This document shows, one piece after another, positions 25,481-32,000 of a stretch of 32,000 nucleotides of DNA. The first letter of the stretch is position 1. Every line of letters starts with the position of its first letter. A program made the position numbers and the translations under genes. The DNA is from Pleomorphomonas koreensis DSM 23070 (lineage in GTDB: Bacteria > Pseudomonadota > Alphaproteobacteria > Rhizobiales > Pleomorphomonadaceae), in contig NZ_AULH01000005.1 in the NCBI RefSeq assembly GCF_000425185.1, forward strand, positions 307,477 to 339,476. The letters run 5' to 3'. The notes below the pieces were generated by a model. That model saw only the letters and a list, made by a program, of their open reading frames with translations, did not search any database and had not been told where the DNA came from.

Positions 25481-25774
25481 ATGACTATGCGGGTTCCCGT
25501 CCAACTCGATCCAGATGTGGACGATGAAGCGCCGACCGGCGACACCATAACCGTCTATGACGAACGGCATTACGTCACCTATCTGCGTTTGCTGGATGCG
25601 AAGGCCGAGGGCGCGGACTGGAAGGAAGTCGCGCGGATCGTGCTGCACCGTGATCCGGTCGCTGAGGAACTGCTGACCCGCCGTTGCTGGCAAAGCCATC
25701 TCGAACGCGCGCAATGGCTATCGCGTGAAGGCTATCGGAAGATTCTGGAGCAGGCGGCAGCCAATAGGGCGTGA
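25481..25774 (+). CDS. Stand-alone DUF2285-like small protein (QseM-like candidate antiactivator)
   Basis: 97 aa (or 95 from ATG 25487). ...YVTYLRLLDAKAEGADWKEVARIVLHRDP...WQSHLERAQWLSREGYRKIL parallels the C-terminal domain of the neighbouring gene (LSLRALDARLRAESYRTIAEVLLG...GGYRLLL). 18 acidic vs 14 basic residues. Confidence 0.65.
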   Translation: MTMRVPVQLDPDVDDEAPTGDTITVYDERHYVTYLRLLDAKAEGADWKEVARIVLHRDPVAEELLTRRCWQSHLERAQWLSREGYRKILEQAAANRA

Positions 25775-25792
25775 GGTCAATGGCCGTGCCCA

Positions 25793-26576
25793 TCAACGCT
25801 TGTCGGGCTTGATCGGATAGTGGAGCAGAAGGCGATAGCCCCCGCGCATCATCTTGATGCCGTGCGCGACCAGGCGGCGGGCTTTGTTCTTGCGCGGATC
25901 GCTCTCGAAATCCTCCTTCGTGCCGCGAAAGCCGAGCAGGACTTCCGCGATGGTGCGATAGCTCTCGGCGCGCAGCCGGGCGTCGAGCGCGCGCAGCGAC
26001 AGGATATGCCATTGCCGGAGTTGGGCGGGAACGGCCCGGAAATCGGGACCGGGCGCGCGACCATTGAGGGATCGCCAGAAACGGCGGACAGCGTGAGCGC
26101 GTAGCTCCAGAAAAGCATCCATCGGCAGCGTGACGGCGTAAAACGCGGCGGCGTCCGGCACCGCCTCGGGCAGCCAGAATTGATGTTTGACGCCATCCAC
26201 CTGCCAGATACCGTGCCAGCCATCGGCAGCGCGGTGCAGGTCGAGGCCGTCGAGGTGCGCCAACGTCAATATCGGTTCGGTGTCGTCGTCCTTGTGATCG
26301 ACCGGAGACAACATCACGGCTTGCGGTTGAAGGCGCGGACTCCAGATCGGCGATTGCCGATCATGCGGCGCGTCGGGATCGCACGGGAAATCGCAAACCC
26401 CAGCGAGCCGCGAACGTTTCCAGGTCGCGGCCGTTCGGTCCTTCAGCCAACGCCATGGTACGAAACTCCCGGCGATATTCGTCGTTGCGGCGCAGGTATT
26501 CCCAAGCGAAACCAGCGGCAGGGATGTGCTTTGTGTGCCCGTATGCCGCCGGAGATCGCCAATCGATGCTGAGCAT
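25793..26576 (-). CDS. DUF6499 + DUF2285 (FseA-like) transfer activator gene split between two frames; needs a +1 shift near 26388-26390
   Basis: Frame A runs 26576->26361 (MLSIDWRSPAAYGHTKHIPAAGFAWEYLRRNDEYRREF...ARWGLRFPVRSRRAA*). Frame B (+1) continues ...FPCDPDAPHDRQSPIW... to the stop at 25793. The joined product is 260 aa. Confidence 0.7.
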
Positions 26577-26650
26577 GGCGTCACCTCCCCAAGCCGGGAC
26601 GCTGGGCAGCGCCCGGCAAAGAGAGGTTCAAGGATCACAGGAAATATAGA

Positions 26651-26680
26651 AGCCGCTCAAAGCAGATACCTTGAGCGGCT
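26651..26680 (-). terminator. Hairpin downstream of ardA
   Basis: Arms agccgctcaa (26651-26660) / ttgagcggct (26671-26680), a 10-bp stem. On the minus strand it is followed by tctatatttcc. Confidence 0.45.
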
Positions 26681-26770
26681 AACCCGATCATTTTTGGTGT
26701 TCTCTGCTTGGCGATGGCCTGTGATTTCGCGATGCCTGCCCGTATGAGCACGGACTGGCCAGTCATGTTC

Positions 26771-27298
26771 TCATCTGCTGGAAAATACATGCACCTCGCC
26801 GTGTGCCGTCTCTATGGTGAACAAGTCACCGCTCATAGCTGCGTCGCGAGCCATCGCCTGCCAATCGACATAGTAGCGCAGCGCCTCGGGAATCGTGACG
26901 CTCTCGGTGGTCAATTCCTCCAAGTAGTCGGCGAGGCTCTCGAACTGACCATGATAACAGTCCTGCAAGGCGGTTTCGGCTTGGTCCATGCCGCCGACGA
27001 ACTGCTCCAGCAAGCCCGCACCAAGTGTGCCATGCTCTGCGATGAAAGCGCCCATACGTGCCACACTGTCGATGCCGGCATATTCGGAGACGCTAACGCC
27101 CTCGAAACCTTCATAGTCGTGGATGGCGTATTCCTCTGCGTGCTCGATGGGAGACCGTGCGAGCATAGCCGCAATCTCGTCCCTGATCTCGTCGGCATCC
27201 TGATCCGCGTCGATCCAAGCCCCATGCAAATAGCCATTATTGTAGGCGGCAAGGCAGGCGACATAGATGCGGGGATTGCTGTCGGATATGTTTGTCAT
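26771..27298 (-). CDS. ardA: Antirestriction protein ArdA (DNA mimic, anti type I R-M)
   Basis: 175 aa, very acidic. RIYVACLAAYNNGYLHGAWIDADQD...AIHDYEGFEG...YVDWQAMARD...HVF matches the ArdA family pattern. Confidence 0.88.
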   Translation of the reverse strand: MTNISDSNPRIYVACLAAYNNGYLHGAWIDADQDADEIRDEIAAMLARSPIEHAEEYAIHDYEGFEGVSVSEYAGIDSVARMGAFIAEHGTLGAGLLEQFVGGMDQAETALQDCYHGQFESLADYLEELTTESVTIPEALRYYVDWQAMARDAAMSGDLFTIETAHGEVHVFSSR

Positions 27299-27703
27299 GT
27301 CTCTGATTCTCGCGTCTGAAGGTCAGCGAAGCGGAACGCCGCGCCTGACCTTCTGGCCGTCGCCGAGACTGGGTGTGCAAACGGAGAGAGGCTTCGCGGG
27401 GAACCGGCTGCACGGAGCGCGCCACGCGCGGAGGAAGCTGGGCGGAAGCCTTTCGAATTGCGCCGAGGGCGGAGCCCTAAGTTCTAAGAATGGGCGTTAT
27501 CATAGTTCAGTATTACGCCCGCACGCTCATGCGAGGCGAATTCAACGAGGCATCACGGCGCGCAGCCGTGGGGGGCGGTGAAGGCGATGACGACAGAACG
27601 GAGCGGGTGAAGCCCCGATCCGATGACGATAATTCCCTCGCCACCAAGCAAGGCCGCCGACGCCGTACCGGCAAGGGCTTTGGCCGCGGCCGCGATTAGG
27701 CGC

Positions 27704-27752
27704 TTGACATCCGAACTATGTGTATATAAACTATACCCATAAGGTTTATATA
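27704..27752 (+). promoter_or_regulatory. Sigma70-type promoter with an overlapping operator-like inverted repeat, in front of the WYL regulator
   Basis: TTGACA 27704-27709, 17-nt spacer, TAAACT 27727-27732. Perfect 9-bp inverted repeat tatataaac 27723-27731 / gtttatata 27744-27752. Confidence 0.6.
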
Positions 27753-27770
27753 TGGAAATCGGAGACAGTC

Positions 27771-28625
27771 GTGCGTTGGGGTGTGGAAAAGCGCTTAGAG
27801 TTCATCGAGTTCCGCCTTTTCTGGGAAGGCGGGATTAATCGCGCTGATATTATCGACCACTTCGGCGTGTCCGTTCCCCAAGCCTCAAAGGATCTCACGC
27901 TTTACGAAGAAAAGGCACCCGGAAACCTGCTCTATGACAAGAGCGCAAAGAGGTACATGGCGTCGCCGCATTTCAAGCCGGTTTTTCTCGAACCGCACGC
28001 CGATATGTATCTCGCGCAGCTGCAAACAGAGCCGTTAACCGGAATTATTGAAGACAGCTGGCTTGCTGCCGTTCCGGCGTTTGACATGATGCCGGTGCCC
28101 CACCGAAGCGTGCGTGTCGATGTCCTTCGCAAGCTTGTGGGCGCGATCCGTAGCCGCCGGGCTCTCAAGATCAAATACCAGTCGATGAACACAAGGCGCC
28201 CTGACCCCGAGTGGAGGTCGATTTCTCCGCATGCCTTTGGGCATGACGGACTGCGGTGGCATGTCCGTGCGTTCTGCCATATCGACCGGAAGTTCAAGGA
28301 CTTCATTCTTTCCCGCTGCCTTGATTCAGGCGACGTCGAAGAAGCCCTCGCGACAGCTAGTTCCGACCGCTTGTGGCACGAGTTTTTCGATGTCGTACTG
28401 ACTGCAAATCCTGCCCTTAGTGATAGCCAGCGTGCGGTTATTGAGCAGGACTACGAAATGGTGGGGGGCACCGTGACCGTCCCCGTTCGGAAGGCATTGC
28501 TCTACTATTTTCAGAAGCGGTTGCGATTGGATATTGCCGACAAGGTAGATCGGCCACAGGAAATCCCCGTGGTGGTCAGCAATGCGTCCGAATTCGCCTC
28601 GGCATTAGCGGAGGCGACTGCATGA
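27771..28625 (+). CDS. WYL-domain transcriptional regulator (wHTH + WYL + C-terminal domain), BrxR/CapW-like
   Basis: GTG 27771 with GGAGA 6 nt upstream; the track ATG 27720 lies inside the promoter. VRWGVEKRLEFIEFRLFWEGGINRADIIDHFGVSVPQASKDLTLYEE...ISPHAFGHDGLRWHVRAFCH... Confidence 0.8.
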   Translation: MRWGVEKRLEFIEFRLFWEGGINRADIIDHFGVSVPQASKDLTLYEEKAPGNLLYDKSAKRYMASPHFKPVFLEPHADMYLAQLQTEPLTGIIEDSWLAAVPAFDMMPVPHRSVRVDVLRKLVGAIRSRRALKIKYQSMNTRRPDPEWRSISPHAFGHDGLRWHVRAFCHIDRKFKDFILSRCLDSGDVEEALATASSDRLWHEFFDVVLTANPALSDSQRAVIEQDYEMVGGTVTVPVRKALLYYFQKRLRLDIADKVDRPQEIPVVVSNASEFASALAEATA

Positions 28626-31600
28626 AGTCGCTCAACTTTGAGATTCTCCGCCCTAACTGGCCTGAGCTTGCTGGGCTCGGCGGATTTGCTGAATCCTACG
28701 CTCACGCTGACCCTGCTAGCGCGCTTGTGAAGCTGCGTCTATTCGCAGAGAATCTGACCAAGGACATTTATCGGGATTTGCGTCTGCCGAAACCCGAACA
28801 GCCGACTTTCGTCGATCTGCTCAAGAACGATGCATTCATCGCGATTACGCCGAAGGTCGTTCTCGACAAACTTCATGCTTTGCGAATCCACGGGAACAAG
28901 GCTGCTCATGGGGAACCTGTTCATTCTCAAGGCGCTCTCTGGCTCCTGAGGGAAGCCCACGACCTCGCACGCTGGCTCTGCGTGCAATACGGGCGAGCGA
29001 GTGCGGAAGAGCTAGGTACCTTTTCCCAGCCCCAGACGCCCGATCAAACCGACGAGAGGGACCGTCGGAGGATTCTTGAGAAGCTCGCTGCCCAGGAAGC
29101 GCAGATGGATGCGCTACTTTCGGAGCTTGAGGAGACACGTTCAAAGGCAATCGCGGCGGAGAAGGAGGCTGCTGACCTCAAAGCTATTGCGCAGTCCGGA
29201 CAGAAATCTGCTGATGAGCTGAATTTCAGTGAATCGGAGACGCGAACCCGTCTTATTGATAGCCTGTTGGCGAGCGCTGGTTGGGATGTCAGCGCAGGAT
29301 TGAAAAGCTCTGCCCAGGTCGGAAAAGAGATTGAGCTCGACAATCAACCGACAACGAGCGGTATCGGGTACGCGGACTACGTCCTCTGGGATGAGAATGG
29401 TAATCCGTTGGCCGTGATTGAGGCCAAAAAGACAGCCGTGGATGCCGATCGCGGCCGTCATCAAGCCAAGCTCTATGCAGACAGTCTGGAAAAGAAATTT
29501 GGTCACCGTCCGGTGATCTTTTACACGAATGGATTTGATATCTGGATCTGGGATGATGCGCAGGGTTACCCGCCACGCCGGTTATTCGGCTTCTATTCCA
29601 GAGACAGCCTGCAGCATCTCGCAAATTTTCAACGCCTGCAGAAGAAGCCGCTAGACAGCATCCAGGTCAACGAGGACATCGTAAACCGGCTTTATCAGCT
29701 TGAGGCCATAAAGCGCGTCGCCGAACGTTTCTCGCAAAAGCATCGAAGAGCGCTGATTGTTCAGGCTACAGGCACAGGTAAGACGCGCGTCGCAATAGCT
29801 CTCACGGATCTGCTTATTCGGGCTGGGTGGGTAAAGCGCGTTCTCTTTCTGTGTGACAGAAAAGAGCTGAGAAAGCAGGCAAAGAACGCTTTCAACGACT
29901 TCCTCTCTGAACCAACGCGTATTCTCACCTCAAGCGTCCGGTCAAACGCCAGCGAGCGTGTGTTTCTGGCGACCTATCCGGCCGTTCAGAAGGTATTTCA
30001 GTCGTTTGATCCCGGCTTTTTTGACCTCATCATCGCGGATGAATCCCACCGAAGCATCTATAACATCTACGGTGACATCTTTCATTATTTCGACTGCCAT
30101 CAGATAGGGCTGACCGCGACACCGGTTGATTTCGTTACGCGCAGCACCTTCAAGCTCTTTGGTTGCGAAGGACAGCTGCCGACGTCGAACTACGATTTAG
30201 AGCAGGCTGTCGAAGAACGTTACCTAACGCCATTCGAGGTATACGAGCACACAACGCAATTTCTGCGTGAAGGCATCACTCTCGATGGACTCTCGTCCGC
30301 TCAGATTGAGGAACTAGAGGCGCAGGGGGAAGACCCTGCGCAATACGACTTTTCATCCGAACAAATCGATAAGGTGATCTACAACATGGACACCAACAGG
30401 GCGATCCTTCGCAACCTGATGGAAAACGGCATTACCGATACGACCGGTCAAGTTCTCGGCAAGAGCATCATCTTTGCCCGCAACCATGAACACGCAATGC
30501 TGCTTCGTCAGCTCTTCGACGAAATGTACCCGCAGTACGCCGGGAAATTTTGTCAGGTTATCGACAACTACGATCCCAGAGCTGAGCAGCTCATCGACGA
30601 TTTCAAAGGCGAGGGAACGAACAACGATCTGACGATTGCTATTTCAGTCGATATGCTCGATACGGGCATCGATATACCGGCAATCGTCAATCTCGTATTC
30701 GCTAGGCCGATCAAATCGCCGGTGAAGTTCTGGCAGATGATTGGACGTGGAACGCGTCTTTGCCCTGACTTATTCGGGCCGGGCAAGGATAAACGCGTTT
30801 TCCGCATATTCGATCATTGGGGCAACTTCGCTCGTTTCGAGATGGGTTACAAACCAGCGGAACCGGCGCAGGGCAAGCCGCTCGCGCAGCTTCTATTCGA
30901 GGAGCGGCTGACGCTGGCTGAAACAGCGCTCCAAAAAAGCGAACCCGCAGTCTTCGACACGATCATCGCTTTGGTTTCTCAGGACATCAACGCACTCCCG
31001 GAAGAGTCGATCTCTGTGCGGGAAAAGTGGAAAGAAAAGCGCGCGCTTTCCAAACCTGACGTGCTCAAGGCCTTCGCTCCTGCGACCGTCGCCCGTCTCA
31101 GGCAGGAGATCGCCCCGCTGATGCAGTGGCGAAACATTCGTGGTTTGGGTGACGCTCTTGCGCTCGACCTTCTGATCGCACGTATGCAGCTCGCGGTTTT
31201 ACGGGGCTCGGGAGCTCTGGCTGATTTGAAAATCGATTTGATGGACCGCCTCGCCGCGCTTCAGATGCATCTCAATCCCGTGCGTGAAAAGGCTGAGGCT
31301 ATCAAGCGTGTGAAAGCGAACACGTTCTGGTCCGGCGTTAGTGTTGCGGACCTTGAACTGGCCCGGCTGGAACTCCGGGAGATCATGCATCACCGCGCAA
31401 AGGGCGGCTCCCAGGGTGTTCCGCCAAAGATTATCGACGTCACCGAAGATGCCGGTCAGGTGCAATACGCGCGCCGATCAGCCAGTCTGAAATCGGTAGA
31501 CATGAGGGCCTATCATCAGATCGTGGAATCTGAGCTCAAGAAGCATTTCGATAGCAATCCGGTGCTCAGAAAGATCCGGGCAGGGCATACGGTATCGGAC

Positions 31601-32000
31601 AAGGAGATCGATGCTCTTGTATCGCTGATCCTTACCCAAAACCCGGATGTCCGGCGCGAGCATCTTGAGGAGTTTTTCAGCGAACTGGCAGGCCCGCTTT
31701 ATCTCGCCATCCGCATGATCGTGGGGATGGACCCCGAAGCGGTCCGCGAAAAGTTCACCGCCTTTGTGCAGTCGCATCCAAAGCTGAGCGCAAAGCAGAC
31801 CCGCTTCCTGTCTCTTCTGCAGAATCACATCGCCCGGTACGGCACGATCGAGGTTGAACGTCTCTACGATGATCCATTCACCGTGATTGACGCGGATGGT
31901 CCGGACGGCGTTTTCGAACAGGAAAGCGATCTAATCGATCTAATTGAAATTGTGCGTTCTTTTGGCCCGAAAGCGGAAAAGCGCGTTGAAGAAAACCCGA
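28622..32000 (+). CDS. Large DUF4145-like + PD-(D/E)xK nuclease + SF2 (DEAD/DEAH, ResIII) helicase + EcoEI-R-C-like protein (type I restriction R-subunit-like); 3' end beyond the window
   Basis: Absent from the track because it has no stop. I checked the frame in multiple blocks from ATG 28622 to 32000 (1126 codons) and found no in-frame stop. Motifs: GYADYVLW...AVIEAKK, QATGTGKTR, IIADESHRS, LTATP, QMIGRGTRL. ATGA overlap with the WYL gene stop. Confidence 0.85.
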   Translation, partial: MKSLNFEILRPNWPELAGLGGFAESYAHADPASALVKLRLFAENLTKDIYRDLRLPKPEQPTFVDLLKNDAFIAITPKVVLDKLHALRIHGNKAAHGEPVHSQGALWLLREAHDLARWLCVQYGRASAEELGTFSQPQTPDQTDERDRRRILEKLAAQEAQMDALLSELEETRSKAIAAEKEAADLKAIAQSGQKSADELNFSESETRTRLIDSLLASAGWDVSAGLKSSAQVGKEIELDNQPTTSGIGYADYVLWDENGNPLAVIEAKKTAVDADRGRHQAKLYADSLEKKFGHRPVIFYTNGFDIWIWDDAQGYPPRRLFGFYSRDSLQHLANFQRLQKKPLDSIQVNEDIVNRLYQLEAIKRVAERFSQKHRRALIVQATGTGKTRVAIALTDLLIRAGWVKRVLFLCDRKELRKQAKNAFNDFLSEPTRILTSSVRSNASERVFLATYPAVQKVFQSFDPGFFDLIIADESHRSIYNIYGDIFHYFDCHQIGLTATPVDFVTRSTFKLFGCEGQLPTSNYDLEQAVEERYLTPFEVYEHTTQFLREGITLDGLSSAQIEELEAQGEDPAQYDFSSEQIDKVIYNMDTNRAILRNLMENGITDTTGQVLGKSIIFARNHEHAMLLRQLFDEMYPQYAGKFCQVIDNYDPRAEQLIDDFKGEGTNNDLTIAISVDMLDTGIDIPAIVNLVFARPIKSPVKFWQMIGRGTRLCPDLFGPGKDKRVFRIFDHWGNFARFEMGYKPAEPAQGKPLAQLLFEERLTLAETALQKSEPAVFDTIIALVSQDINALPEESISVREKWKEKRALSKPDVLKAFAPATVARLRQEIAPLMQWRNIRGLGDALALDLLIARMQLAVLRGSGALADLKIDLMDRLAALQMHLNPVREKAEAIKRVKANTFWSGVSVADLELARLELREIMHHRAKGGSQGVPPKIIDVTEDAGQVQYARRSASLKSVDMRAYHQIVESELKKHFDSNPVLRKIRAGHTVSDKEIDALVSLILTQNPDVRREHLEEFFSELAGPLYLAIRMIVGMDPEAVREKFTAFVQSHPKLSAKQTRFLSLLQNHIARYGTIEVERLYDDPFTVIDADGPDGVFEQESDLIDLIEIVRSFGPKAEKRVEENP

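Larger units (their letters stand above)
1277..27700. mobile_element. Integrative and conjugative element with a Trb (P-type) T4SS, TraG, relaxase, RepA and a serine recombinase. Left end is at or just right of the tRNA fragment; right end is undetermined and may include the 27.7-32 kb cargo and lie beyond the window.
   Basis: Complete conjugation gene set in conserved order, with recombinase, TA modules and ardA. Adjacent to a tRNA 3' fragment. Confidence 0.8.

Noticed and set aside
27490-27699. 69-aa plus-strand ORF between ardA and the WYL promoter (also 27267-27581)
   Set aside because: No RBS, low-complexity Arg/Gly/Asp composition, and it ends inside the promoter region. The 27300-27700 spacer was also compared by eye with 1050-1300 for shared att-like repeats, and none was found.
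28739-29624. Minus-strand ORFs of 82-121 aa, plus 30568-30807 and 31199-31828, inside the helicase gene
   Set aside because: They are antisense to a continuous 1126-codon ORF with ordered nuclease and helicase motifs, and they have no features of their own.

Overview
High-GC (~65%) proteobacterial, probably alphaproteobacterial, DNA. Most of it is one integrative and conjugative element (ICE), encoded almost entirely on the minus strand.

- **Left edge:** the 5' part of a tyrosine integrase (1-1047, -) and a 45-nt 3' fragment of tRNA-Arg(CCG) (1232-1276).
- **Recombinase operon (3963->1247):** four translationally coupled genes ending in a large serine recombinase.
- **Trb cluster (4101-13680):** a complete P-type mating-pair-formation set, DUF2274 and trbI-G-F-L-(K-alt)-J-E-D-C-B.
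- **Plus-strand insertion (14040-14807):** a YjhX(TopAI)/GNAT toxin-antitoxin pair sitting between copG and trbB.
- **Transfer genes:** copG-traG, a LysR regulator and a DUF3363-type relaxase.
- **HTH-repA operon (25024->21256):** HTH, repA, DUF2840, traF(S26), DUF736 and a lytic transglycosylase.
- **Regulatory genes and ardA:** a stand-alone DUF2285 (QseM-like) gene, a DUF6499/DUF2285 (FseA-like) gene split by a +1 frame change, then ardA.
- **Cargo from ~27.7 kb:** GC drops and a plus-strand operon starts. A BrxR-like WYL regulator overlaps (ATGA) a gene of at least 1126 codons (DUF4145-like + PD-(D/E)xK nuclease + SF2 helicase, HsdR-like) that runs off the window.

Most worth a second look:
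- the WYL/nuclease-helicase cargo
- the frameshift-split activator and its putative antiactivator
- a ~68-bp conserved element in front of both the recombinase operon and the HTH-repA operon
- the serine recombinase ORF reading into the tRNA fragment
- an iteron/AT-rich origin-like block where parA would be expected
- a triple 9-mer repeat upstream of the relaxase

I recognised no rRNA, CRISPR array or IS transposase. All family assignments come from reading the translations and from remembered synteny. No database search was run.
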